Assembly (NCBI RefSeq): GCF_006345805.1
Contig: NC_043011.1
Location: 7,006,001 to 7,070,000 of the forward strand
Source of the DNA: Octopus sinensis
Taxonomy: Eukaryota
Length of the DNA stretch: 64,000 bases
Direction of reading: 5' to 3'
The notes beneath the pieces are model-generated. The model was given only the letters and a program-made list of their open reading frames with translations. It did no database searches and had not been told where the DNA came from. The position numbers were made by a program, and so were the translations under genes. Shown here one piece after another: positions 38,430 to 50,770 of the stretch (its first letter is position 1; each line of letters starts with the position of its first letter).

Positions 38430-38818
38430 GGCGCAGGAGTGGCTGTGTGGTAAGTAGCTTGCTAACCAGCCACATGGTTCCGGGTTCAGTCCCACTGCAT
38501 GGCATCTTGGGCAAGTGTCTTCTGCTATAGCCTCGGGCCAACCAATGCCTTGTGAGTGGATTTGGTAGACGGAAACTGAAAGAAGCCTGTCGTATATATG
38601 TATATATATATATATGTATGTGTGTGTGTTTGTTCCCCTAGCATTGCTTGACAACCGATGCTGGTGTGTTTACGTCCCCCGTCACTTAGCAGTTCGGCAA
38701 AAGAGACCGATAAAATAAGTACTGGGCTTACAAAGAATAAGTCCCGGGGTCGATTTGCTTGACTAAAGGCGGTGCTCCAGCATGGCCGCTGTCAAATGAC
38801 TAAAACAAGTAAAAGAGT
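38430..38818 (+). mobile_element. SINE family A, full length
   Basis: Homology to the other copies. Confidence 0.9.
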
Positions 38819-39531
38819 ATATATAAACTTGACCTATATAAAGTTTCTCATTTAATTCAAATAACATCCAATGTTGTTTTGGTTTTATTAAAAGCAGCAG
38901 GAATGGTTTATTTTTTCCTGTTCTCTATTTAAATGGATTACTGTAAAATTCTGTATTTCCTATTAAAATTCTTCATATACCAACCTTTACTCATTTATTT
39001 TTTTCTTCTTTTATTCAATCTATTATTATTATTATTATTATTTCTTGGCAAAGAAGTCTACAAATTTTTATTTTTATTTTTCAGCTCCTTTTTAAATTTT
39101 TGTTTTATACTTTTCATGATATCTTTTATTTGTTCTTTGAAAACTGTTAAAAAATATTCTTCAATTCTTTCTATGCAGTTAATTAAAACTTTCACTGCTT
39201 AAATATAATTTCCTTTCTATGTATTCCAATTCAGGTTTCTTTATCAGTATTTGCTAAATGGTCAAACATTTTCAATGGAACAATTTTTTCAGTTTTATTT
39301 TTTTATGCAGTCTTTCATTCTTGTTACCTTTTCACTGTTCTGATATTGTTTCATCTGTTAGTCTTCATTTACAGTCTTTGAGGTTACTCACCTCATACAC
39401 TGAAGTTCCTCATCACTACGCTTGTCTCTGCCCTGCTCTGTTATGAACCCTCCCTTCTAAAATGTGAATAACCATGTGGCCCTCTCTTGATACACACACA
39501 GAGCAAGAATCCTGTTCTACGCTAGCCCCTT

Positions 39532-39893
39532 CACATGGTTCCGGGTTCAGTCCCACTGTGTGGCACCTTGGGCAAGTGTCTTCTACTATAGCCTTGGGCC
39601 GACCAATGCCTTGTGAGTGGATTTGGTAGACGGAAACTGAAAGAAACCTGTCGTATATATGTATGTATATATATATGTATGTGTGTGTATGTTTGTGTGT
39701 CTGTGTTTGTACCCCTAGCATTGCTTGACAACCGATGCTGGTGTGTTTGCATCCCCATAACTTAGCGGTTCGGTAAAAGAGACCGATAGAATAAGTACTG
39801 GGCTTACAAAGAATAAGTCCCGGGGTCGAGTTGCTCGATTAAAGGCGGTGCTCTAGCATGGCCGCAGTCAAATGACTGAAACAAGTAAAAGAG
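39532..39893 (+). mobile_element. SINE family A, 5' truncated, fused to a duplicated local segment
   Basis: Starts at CACATGGTTCCGGG directly after 39383-39531. Confidence 0.85.
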
Positions 39894-40094
39894 ATCACAA
39901 CTGCTTGTTTCTACCTTCATCTCAGCATTGAAAGTTTCCTATCCATGCACACAAATACAGAGCAGTGATTGAACTCCTGTACTATTGGCAGATCAGATTG
40001 TAGCCTGGCGCAGCCTCCTGGCTTGCCAGTCCTCAGTCAAGCTGCCAACCCATGCCAGCATGGAAGGCAGATGTTAAACGATTATTTTTATTAT

Positions 40095-40520
40095 TCAAGG
40101 CCGATCTGGCAGAATCCTTAGCACACCATGATAAATGCTTAGCAGCTTTTTCGCTCATCTTTGCATTTTTAGTTGAAACTCTGCCAAGGTCAATTTTTGC
40201 CTTTCATCCTTTTGAGGTCAATAGGTTAAGTACCGGTCAAGTAATGGGGTCAGTGTAATTGACTTACTTCCTCCCCACAAATTTCAGGTCTTGTGCCCAT
40301 AATAGAAAAGATTATCATCATCACTTAAGCAATGAGCTGGCAGAATCATTAACACACCGGGTGGAATGCTTAGGAGCATTTTGTCCCTCTGCACATTCTG
40401 AGTTCAAATTCTGCTGAGGTCAACTTTGCCTTTCAGCTTTTTAGGGTCAGTAAAATAAAGTGTCAGTCAAGGGGTAAGTGTGATCAACTTGCCCCCTTCT
40501 CTCAAAACTACTAGCCTTTT
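40095..40520 (+). mobile_element. Two tandem family D SINE units
   Basis: CTGGCAGAATC heads at ~40106 and ~40338, each with the Nin motif. Confidence 0.75.
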
Positions 40521-40571
40521 GCCAAAATTAGAAATTATTAAATATTTCAATTCTGTAGGTATCACACTATA

Positions 40572-40900
40572 CAGGGGTGGGCAATATTTGGGACAGAGTT
40601 GCTTAACTCTTTAAAGTCCCACTGTCCTATAAATAGGACACTAAATGAGAACATTTAAATGAGTTATTTCACATTGTCTCACTGTCCTATTGAAGTAATG
40701 GAGTTTTAATAATTATCTTTTTCATTTCAATCATCTGTAAAAAAAATTTTTAAGTAATATTCCGAAATTTAGGTACTCTGGGACTTAATGGGTTAATGAG
40801 TGGAATGTTCTTTTCATTTCTCTGTTTCTTTTAAAGAGGAGAAATGCAAAGAAATTCCAATCATTTTCAGCAACTGTATACTTACTTTTGCCCACCAGTG
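40572..40900. mobile_element. TIR MITE containing a nested piggyBac-like MITE (40607-40792)
   Basis: Outer TA|CAGGGGTGGGCAA..TTGCCCACCAGTG|TA; inner TTAA|CTCTTTAAAGTCCCA..TGGGACTTAATGGG|TTAA. Confidence 0.65.
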
Positions 40901-40945
40901 TATATTAAGTTGACTTAGAAATAGCAGTGAAAAAAAAAAACCACT

Positions 40946-41052
40946 AAAGGAAAGAATGCTACTGTTATTTAGCCCTAGGAAACACCGTTTCCTGTTGGAC
41001 TTGACACAGTTCCTGTTTCCTAGGGCTAAATAACAGTAGCATTCTTCCCTTT
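40946..41052. mobile_element. Palindromic mini-MITE (39-bp arms)
   Basis: AAAGGAAAGAATGCTACTGTTATTTAGCCCTAGGAAACA ... TGTTTCCTAGGGCTAAATAACAGTAGCATTCTTCCCTTT, one mismatch. Confidence 0.75.
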
Positions 41053-42217
41053 CATGGGACTGTCACATTAAGTTAACAACATACTATCACTTTATCGTGC
41101 TGCTACTGCATAAATCCCTCAGAGAGATTAAGAAACGTATTATTTCTATTTAAAAAAAAAAAACTCTTTTCTCTCTTTCTATAAATGACTTGTTCTTTAA
41201 ATAACATCATTATCCTCCTCATCATTCAACATTCATGTTCCATGCTGGCACAAGTTGGATGGTTTAACAAAGATCCAATAGGACTGCATTGTATTCCAGT
41301 CTCATCTTCGGTATGATAGCCATGGCTGGATGCCCTTCTCAACATCAACTACTTGGCATAATATACTGGGTGCTTTTTTTTCCATGTGACTGGTACTTGT
41401 GCAGTGACCATGCAGCTCACACATCTACGAAATCCGTGAAGGGGGTCAGAGTGCACCCTTATTTCAGGTGGGTGTTAAGGTAGGATAGAAGGGGTTTGCA
41501 GTAGAGAAGATTTTTGTTGTAGAGGAGTTATGTGGGTACTCACATTTAGGGGAGAGAGTGAAAAAAAATGAACCAGTGCTATCTCCCAAGAGACATAGTG
41601 GTGATGAGGTGTCCAGGTGGCGCCTCAAGGTACGAGGTGAGTCGTAGTGAGTGGGGACAGAAAGGGTGGGAGTTTGCAAGAGTGTATGGTGGAGGAAATG
41701 TATTGGAGTAAACAATCTCTTTCTGCCTTTTAAGATTCCTTTTATTCTTAGAAAAAAATTGCTTGATGGAAAAGAAATAGTTTATTCCATATCCTTTTGT
41801 GTGTGTGTGTGTTGGGGATGCAGTGGGGGTGGGGGTGGATATGTAAACTCGATCTTGTAATAAAAATAAATTATCAATGGTGTACAACTTGAGAAATTTT
41901 AATTTTTAAATAGAATTTAAATGCTTGATTCACAATTTCTTGTCCTTTTTATTCTTTTTTTTTTCTAGTATCAAATTTTTATATTTAGTTATTCTTAAAA
42001 TAATGAATTTTGAGGAATTTGCAAAGTCATGTCTAACTTTATTTTTTTTCTTGTTTTTTAACTTTATTCCATTGCAGAATTTTCCTGATGACTAAATAAA
42101 ATTAAACTTATCTTTATTTTGGATTACAAGATATTTCCTACATATAAAAGGAGCAAGGGAAAAGAAAACCGGAATATTTTCTAATACAAATGGTAATGTG
42201 TCTTTTTATCGTACAAA

Positions 42218-43396
42218 ATGTTTCTGGAAGAAATTCAAAGAACTCTCCAAGAGCGCCAATTGCAATCTAGATCTCATAAACAGTTTGTCTTGGATAAACT
42301 AGATGTCTCCATATTCTTAGCATGGATTCTTCAACAATATGACTTCAGTGAATTAAAACTTGCATCTGACAAAAACCATCGAGATTTCTCGGTGTTATCC
42401 AATCGGCTGTGTCAGCTGAGTTTGGTGTGTGGTGGAAATCTGGTAACATCTATCAATAAATTTAGTATGCAACGGTTATTTGGTTCTCCATCTGTCTGTT
42501 GCCGCCATCATAACTTCTCTTGCCTACCACAAATTGCTGATATTTCTGATAATATGTGCCACATGGTGGAATTGAAGAACTCTGTGGCAGAGATTAATAA
42601 CAACAACAACAACACAACCAACAACTACAATACTAATAATAATTATAACAACAATAACAATGATAACAACAACAACATTAATAATAATAATAATAATAAT
42701 CCATTTGTTAGAGAGACTGAGTCATTTTCAGCATTTACACAGATCCCTTGTGAACGGAATAGTTCGCAGAAAATCTGGAAGATGAATGAAAATCAATTGT
42801 GTTTTGACAAATGTTCAAATGCGAACAGAAACCATCAACTCTGCTCATCTGTCAGTTGTTTAAACAAAACGGATATTGATCAGAAAACACTTTCTGACGA
42901 TTCACCCGACAATCTGACTGACCTCAAGAAATGTACTTGCCCCCATAGTCCGTCTCTGCCTCTCACTCCTCAGCCGAGAAGACTCAGTCAAAATGCTAAT
43001 CAAACTGAATTCAAAGAATGTTCTAATTATTGTTATTATTATACTGTGCCTCCTCTTGCAGAGACAATTTCTGTCGAAACTGGTGAAACGTTTGCAGTAC
43101 ATTCAAAGACTTTGATGAGTGACAGTTTGTCATCAACTTCACTGTGTCACCATGACAACCAGCCAGTTCAGAACGAAAGGGATGCACATTTATATCACAG
43201 CCGTTCCATATTTCCTGATGTCCGTTCTACATCTGCAGATCTTCACCATTCATTCAACTCCTCTTGTTCATTACACGTCTGGGAGGAAAGACTGGATGAA
43301 GAATGTAATCTCTACATGCTGGATCAGATACAGCCACAACTTCAGAGGAATTTAGAAAATCCCATTGCTAAACTCTTATCCACTGGAGATGACATG
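42218..43396 (+). CDS. Large coding exon (393 codons) of an unidentified host gene; poly-Asn tract, Ser/Cys-rich
   Basis: Long non-repeat ORF, AAAATG start context, consensus donor ATG|GTAAGT at 43396/43397 (phase 0), upstream acceptor TTTATTCCATTGCAG| at 42077 followed by stops in all three frames (5' UTR). Confidence 0.75.
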
Positions 43397-43650
43397 GTAA
43401 GTATATTATTAGAATACTGTTTGGCAGTGTTCCTGTCTGTCTCTGTTTTTGCCCATCCCCATAGGAAGATTATTCTAATTTTGAGGCATTTCCCTTGGTG
43501 CTCTATCCTAAACAATGTTACCCAATCAATACGATATGTTGGAAATATACTTTGACACTGTTGGAATTTGCAATCAATAGGTAACCTATCATTATTAGAA
43601 ATATCTATTTATTGCAGATATGAAACATCACTCTCTATCCCCTCTGTACC

Positions 43651-45085
43651 ACATATATTCCCCACCATGTACCTTGTATATTCCCCACCATGTACCTTGT
43701 ATATTCCCCACCATGTACCTTATATATTCCCCACCACTTTACCTTGTATATTCCCCACCATGTACCTTATATATTCCCCACCACTGTACCTTGTATATTC
43801 CCCACCATGTACCTTATATATTCCCCACCACTGTACCTTGTTTATTTCCCACCATGTACCTTGTATATTCCCCACCATGTACCTTGTATATTCCCCACCA
43901 TGTACCTTGTATATTCCCCACCATGTACCTTGTATATTTCCCACCATGTACCTTGTTTATTTCCCACCATGTACCTTGTTTATTTCCCACCATGTACCTT
44001 GTATATTCCCCACCATGTACCTTGTATATTCCCCACCATGTACCTTATATATTCCCCACCATGTACCTTGTATAGTCCCCACCACTGTACCTTATATATT
44101 CCCCACCATGTACCTTATATATTCCCCACCATGTACCTTGTATAGTCCCCACCACTGTACCTTATATATTCCCCACCATGTACCTTGCATATTCCCCACC
44201 ATGTACCTTGTATATTCCCCACCATGTACCTTGTATATTCCCCACCATGTACTTTGTATATTCCCCACCATGTACCTTGTATATTTCCCACCATGTACCT
44301 TGTTTATTTCCCACCATGTACCTTGTTTATTTCCCACCATGTACCTTGTTTATTTCCCACCATGTACCTTGTTTATTTCCCACCATGTACCTTGTATATT
44401 CCCCACCATGTACCTTGTATATTCCCCACCATGTACCTTGTATATTCCCCACCATGTACCTTATATATTCCCCACCATGTACCTTGTATATTCCCCACCA
44501 TGTACCTTGTATATTCCCCACCATGTACCTTATATATTCCCCACCATGTACCTTGTATAGTCCCCACCACTGTACCTTATATATTCCCCACCATGTACCT
44601 TATATATTCCCCACCATGTACCTTGTATATTCCCCACCATGTACCTTGTATATTCCCCACCATGTACCTTGTATATTCCCCACCATGTACCTTGTATATT
44701 CCCCACCATGTACTTTGTATATTCCCCACCATGTACCTTGTATATTTCCCACCATGTACCTTGTTTATTTCCCACCATGTACCTTGTTTATTTCCCACCA
44801 TGTACCTTGTATATTCCCCACCATGTACCTTGTATATTCCCCACCATGTACCTTGTATATTCCCCACCATGTACCTTGTATATTCCCCACCATGTACCTT
44901 GTATATTCCCCACCATGTACTTTGTATATTCCCCACCATGTACCTTGTATATTTCCCACCATGTACCTTGTTTATTTCCCACCATGTACCTTGTATATTC
45001 CCCACCATGTACCTTGTTTATTTCCCACCATGTACCTTGTATATTCTCCACTATGTACCTTGTATATTTCCCACCACTGTACCTT
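43651..45085. repeat. 23-bp minisatellite, about 62 units (CCCCACCATGTACCTTGTATATT)
   Basis: Directly visible; variants TCCCACCATGTACCTTGTTTATT and a 24-bp CCACTGTACC unit. Confidence 0.97.
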
Positions 45086-45972
45086 GTGGCTATGTCCCCC
45101 ACGCATCTCCAACACCATATCTCTCTCTCTCTCTCTGTTACCAAGTATTTCCTCCACAATAAGACACTGATTTCTATCCCTGTTACACGTTCACCTCTCA
45201 AAGCTACCTTTCTCAGTACCACTCTCTCTCTCAGCCAAAGGGTCTTTGTCTTACAAGTTACTTGGTGACCTCACCAGTGCTGGTGCCACACAAAAAGCAC
45301 CCTCCTCACCCTAAATCCAATCCTCAGCAAGATGGGAGCAGAATGAGAGTTGACGAGAATGGTCAGATGCAATGAAAACTGCAATAGTTTAGCCATGTCA
45401 TTAGGCACCCTGGACCTCAGGGGTTAGGTGAACAAAAGATGGGGTTGTAGTTGATGAAGACAAACTTGATTTTATGACTTCAAGGATCAGACCCTGGTAC
45501 AGTGCACAGCTACAGCATGACACCCCGGTATGTGGTAAGGAGCAGAGATTGTGTCTGAGGGCCCCTTAGCCTCTGCAATAGTGATGGACGCATTCATTCA
45601 ATCATTTAAAATTGATGTACCTATATAATGATGTCTGATATTATTAAGAAGCCCATCATGTATGTATGCATGTGTGTGTGTATTTATGTCTATCTGTCCC
45701 GCACCAATGCTTGATAACAGGTGTTGGTATGTTTATGTCCCTGTAACTTAACAGTTCAGCAAAAGAGACCAATAGAATAAGTATCGGGCTTTTTTAAAAC
45801 AAGTGCTGGGTGGGGGTCGATTCATTCAGCTAAAACTTCTCCAGCTTGGTGCCTCACATGGCTGCAGTATAATGACTGAAGCAAGAAAAAGATAAACCTC
45901 AGTGCTAACCTGGATTGCAGAAGTGTGCCTCCACCTTCAACAATCGTCATTTTATAAACCCAGTCTTTCACC

Positions 45973-46440
45973 ATCATCAACATCATCGTTTAGCGTCCAA
46001 TTTCCATGCTAGCATGGGTTGGACGAATGACTGAGGGCTGGCGAACCAGATGGCTGCACCAGGCTTCAATCTTGATCTGGCAGAATTTCTACAGCTGGAT
46101 GCCCTTCCTAACACCAACCACTCCGAGAGTGTAGTGAGTGCTTTTACGTGCCACCGGCATGGGTGCCAGTAAAGCGATGCTAGTAACGATCACACTCAAA
46201 TGGTGTCTTTTACATGCCACCGGCATGGAGGCCAGATAACCGCTCTGGCAATGATCATGCTTGGATGGTGCTCTTAGCACCCTACTAGCACGGGGCTCAA
46301 GTGCCAGTAAGGCGACGCTGGTAATGATCACGCTCGAATGGTGCCTTTTAAGTGCACTGGCACGGAAGCTGGTTAGCCGCTCTGTCAATGATCACACTTG
46401 TATGATGCTCTTTGCACCCTGCTTGCACGGACGCCAGTCA
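45973..46440 (-). mobile_element. RTE LINE 3' UTR fragment with ~55-60 bp subrepeats
   Basis: (CAT)n tail and TTTTACGTGCCACCGGCA modules. Confidence 0.85.
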
Positions 46441-47202
46441 TCAAATTTTATTTTTATTTTTATTTTTATTTATTTATCATTTACTTTTCCATCTTTGTTA
46501 TTAATGATTCCAAGAATTCCTCTCTTTCTATCCTCAGCATTTCATACCAATTGGAGAGGAGTTGATGTTGAAAGTGAGGTCTTCGTAGAGAATTTTACCA
46601 ACCAAAACCTAAACCTACCTACAGCAGATATCTGAAACCTGCCCTTAATTTCGGTGGTTCCCCGGAAGATATTTAAAAAGCTGCCTGCACAAATCTTATT
46701 TGTATGCAAAAAAGAAAAAAAAAAGACAAAAAAAAATATCAGAACAGGTGATTTTATTTACTACAATATTGCAATATGTAAGCAGTTTGAGTTTTTTTTT
46801 TTAAACTTTCAGCTGCATATATATATCTATCTTCATCTTTATACATTTCTGCCTTTATCAGAAACAGGCGTTGCCATGACGCTCACTTCATCTGTTCAAA
46901 TTGTTCATTTTAGTTCTAATTAAAGGCGGACACAATCTCTATTTTTTAATTGTTTCAACTTTTAATCAGTCTGTTCCTGTTGTTTTAACTGACTGATTAT
47001 TTTTCTAAGTCTAATCAACTTAAGAATTTTTGCTCATTATTGATAAACCAAACCATTCTATCATAGCATGTAGAACATTTGGAACTATTTAACCTTTGTC
47101 GGTTATGTCTTCTATTTGTCTCTTGTCAGTGTAATATCTTACTTATTCATATATACATACTAACATACACGCATGTGTGTGTATATATATATATATATAT
47201 AT

Positions 47203-47460
47203 TTTAAAAATAGGATAAAATCTTCATAAGAATTTATCAAGTAGTTAGCGTGAAAAACCTCATAAGAGGGGAAAAAAAACAATTTTTTTCTTTAAATTTA
47301 TTTATTTATATTATATAGGGGGCACTATTACACATAGATGCCTCACGCTAGGAGTCAAAACTACTAAAAAAAATAAACACATTTATTTTAGTAGTTTTGA
47401 CTCTAAGAGTCCCTCCTAGCGTGAGGCATCTGTGTGTAATAGTGCCCTCTATATAATATA
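47203..47460. mobile_element. Foldback (inverted-arm) insertion in (TA)n, same family as 13690-14212
   Basis: Hairpin 47307-47460 (GGGCACTATTACACATAGATGCCTCACGCTAGGAG vs CTCCTAGCGTGAGGCATCTGTGTGTAATAGTGCCC). Confidence 0.75.
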
Positions 47461-48514
47461 TATATATACACACACACTTACTGTCATGCACATGTATGTA
47501 TGTATAAAATCTCTTTTGTATGTAATTCAGTACATGTTTTTGAAAATGTTATTCCATTTTACAGTTAATTAGTTAATTATTAAACAATGCTCAAAATCTT
47601 TCATTATTTAGACCAATATTTACTAGTCGGAGCATTTCTTCCAAGAATTGTATCCATTTTTAATGGTGTTTATTCTTTTGTTGTTTTTTTTTTCTTTAAT
47701 GAAATTCTTTTTTGAGTTTCCATTTGTGACTTTTATTTCCTCATATAGAGAGGAGAACAGTTTATAATCAATCAATCAATCAATCAATCAGTCATTTATA
47801 TTTGTCAATCCTCATTAATCTCCTTTGCGGTGTTCGTGTTTTTGACTTTGATAAGAAAATCTAACTCAACAGTCTTTTTTTTTTTTTTTGTCATTAACAA
47901 TTAACATCTCATTAATTACATTAAACTTTTTTTTTCTGCAGATTATTAAAAAAAAGGCAAATTTTCACTTAACTATTTCTTAATTGTAAAACTGTACATT
48001 TTGTAAATATGTTTATAAAATTTCTAATTGTTAAATGAACTGTTGGTTATAAAAAAAAAAAAAAAAAATTTTTCTCATATTTCAAATTTAACAAAATACA
48101 TCGCGGTTTTTCGTTAGACCCTTATGTATTGCTTTTAATTAGCGGATAAAAAAAAAATTTTTTTAATCTTTTATTTTTTGGTTTTGACTTGAGGAAAATT
48201 TTATCAGCAAATTAGTTTTTCAAAGTAAATTCTTTACTGCAGAAAAGAGAAAAAAGACTTTCCATGGTTTAACTTTTGCAGTTTTTTGGGGTTTTTTTTT
48301 ATATACATATATAATTGTTTGTGTTACCAAAGAAAAATAACGTTTTTCTAATGATTAAGCACAAAATGAATTTTTTAAAAATTCCAACCATTCTTTTTTT
48401 TTTTTTTTCAAATTAGAAATAAATGCCAATTTTTTTTTTTTTTATTAAATCTGTATAATTCTCAGTGAGGCAGCATCTATTATTAATATAATCATCATCA
48501 TCATCATTATTTGG

Positions 48515-49180
48515 AAGGTGGTGAACTAGCAGAATCGTTAGAGCATCGGACAATATGCATTGCTGCATTTGTTCCGACTCATTACGTTCCGAGTTCAAAT
48601 TCCGCCAAGGTTGACTTTGCCTTTCATCCTTTCAGGGTTGATAAAATAAAGTACCAGTTGAACACTGGGGTCACTGGTATCAACTAACTCCCAACCCACC
48701 CCATAAAATTGCTGGCCTTGTGCCAGAATTTGAAACTGTTGTTGTGGTGGGATGGCAGAATCAGTAGAGGCTCAGACAATGCTTCTTTTACATTCTGAGT
48801 TCAAATCCCACCAAGGCAAACTTTATCTTTTGTCCCTCTGAGGAAGATAATTCTAAGGGTCAATGTAATCAGCTGACCCCCCCCCCCCCTAAAAAAAATT
48901 GCTGGCTTTGTGCCTAAACTACAGAATTACTGTTATTAGGGGTGGCAAGTTAATGCAACAGACAACAGACTTTGTGGTATTTCTTCTGACTGCATTACAT
49001 TTTGAGTTCAAATCCCACCAAGGCCAACTTTGCCTTTTGTCCTTTCAAGGTCGATAAAATAAAGTACCAGTGAAGTACTGGAGTCAGTGGCATCAACTGA
49101 TTCCTCTTCCTCCTCGTCCACCCACCCCCAACTCCCTCTCCCCTTAAATTGCTGGCCTTGTGCCTAAATCAGAAACCAGT
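48515..49180 (+). mobile_element. Three tandem family D SINE units
   Basis: Repeated GAGTTCAAAT.CC.CCAAGG..ACTTTGCC..AAATTGCTGGCCTTGTGCC. Confidence 0.8.
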
Positions 49181-49659
49181 TTTATTATGCAGCCAAACAG
49201 GTTTTCCAAAGATATCTGTGATTTTCAAGTCTTTCAAACTATTCAGTGTTTTGTCTGCTTTTAAGGTTCTATCTTTGTGTATTTACGGATGAATAACTTT
49301 TCACCGTACCCAGAGCATGGCTATTATATATAAAGACAGCTACCCATTTGTAGGGGTGGCCATTAGTAAACTTTAAAACTTTCATTGCTGCTGGTCAGCA
49401 GTTGTACATTTTGAAATCTTTTATTTTGTTGAAACAAACGGACACTAGCCAGTATTTATTATACATGTTTTAGACAGTGAGTATATATTTGATTAAATAG
49501 GCTCTAAACAGGCTGGTGAGACTTATATTGTTTAGTAAAAATCAATAAAAAGGGTGTGGTGGACTTGGCCTGTGGTCCTCATCAGTTGCAGCCAGTTTTT
49601 TTTTCTAACTTAGAGGATGTAAAACTGCTGTCTCTCCTTAATTTCTCTCTGGTCAGCTT

Positions 49660-49691
49660 TTCTCTTGAAGGACTCTGTCCGAAACATTGGA
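49660..49691 (+). ncRNA. Decayed minimal hammerhead
   Basis: CTCTTGA-A-GGAC-tct-GTCC-GAAA-CA-TT-GGA; homolog of 12632-12663. Confidence 0.35.
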
Positions 49692-50278
49692 TGTTTCCAC
49701 TCCCCACAGCAAATGTATTGTACTTTTTTTTATCGACTTTTAACAGTGGATCAATTTATTCCGTAGAAAAACAAAGAAACTTTGCTTTCGACACAAATTA
49801 AAGAATGTTATTACAACACATCGTTAATGAAATGCTGCAACTATATTACAAGCTGTCTCTGATAATTCCTCAATTGATTAGGCATCAACTGATGTCATCA
49901 GTAACAAACACCAGTCCCAGACTTAACATTTTGCCTACCATGGCCATCACCAGTGACTCCCATGTTACAGAATAAATATTTCTTCCCTTTTTAAGTGTAT
50001 CTCTACATGGTATCTCTCTTCAGATATTCTATAGAATTCATAGAATACATCTATGCCACCTTCAAGTGCTTGCTCTAAATTCTACAGAATAACTTTGAAT
50101 CACACAGCCCCCCCACCACCACCACCACCAAAAGGCAGGACACAATATTGACTTGTAAACCTTTTATGTACTTAGTAGCATATTATGGTTGACCAAAGAG
50201 AATATGGTGTCCCTTGCAGCAATTAAATATTCGTTCCATATCACAGAAGTCATGTGGTAGTTTATATAGTAAATTTGA

Positions 50279-50319
<41 letters not shown>

Positions 50320-50562
50320 AATTAGAAAAAAAACACCTTTTATCAATTCAAAATGAACAATTAAATGACACCATCCAGAATATTACTTATAATAATTTTG
50401 AATTGATAAAAGGTGTTTTTTTCTAATTTTTATATATATATATATTATATTTTGTGAAATTTGATTTTGTATTTCTAAATTGAATTTTTCCCTGTAAGTT
50501 AGGAATAATATTCCCTCAAATAATTATTATATATATATATATACGCACACACACACACACAC

Positions 50563-50770
50563 CAGATGTCTCCCCCAAAAATTGACATCAGTCCTTTCAA
50601 ATAGCCCCATAGAAAAATAACCACAAGGCATCAAGTCATTTGAACATGGTGACCATTCCAACATCACTTTATCATTAGCATGTTTTTGTGCATTTTGTTG
50701 AAATTTGAGCAAGAATTAGCTGATATTAGACTCTGAAATGATGTCAATTTTGGGTGGGGACACCCTATAC
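50563..50770 (-). mobile_element. Tc1/mariner-superfamily deletion derivative
   Basis: Minus frames WSPCSNDLMPCGYF/LWGYLK (WPPRSPDLTPCDFFLWGYLK motif); end GGGGACACCCTATA. Confidence 0.65.

Noticed and set aside
43397-43555. C-terminal 52 aa of the 445-aa ORF
   Set aside because: Follows a consensus GTAAGT donor; most likely intron read-through.
43568-45268. Long ORFs (up to 330 aa) over the minisatellite; superficial CRISPR-like regularity
   Set aside because: Pure 23-bp tandem units with no unique spacers and no cas genes; the ORFs are by-products of a stop-free unit.
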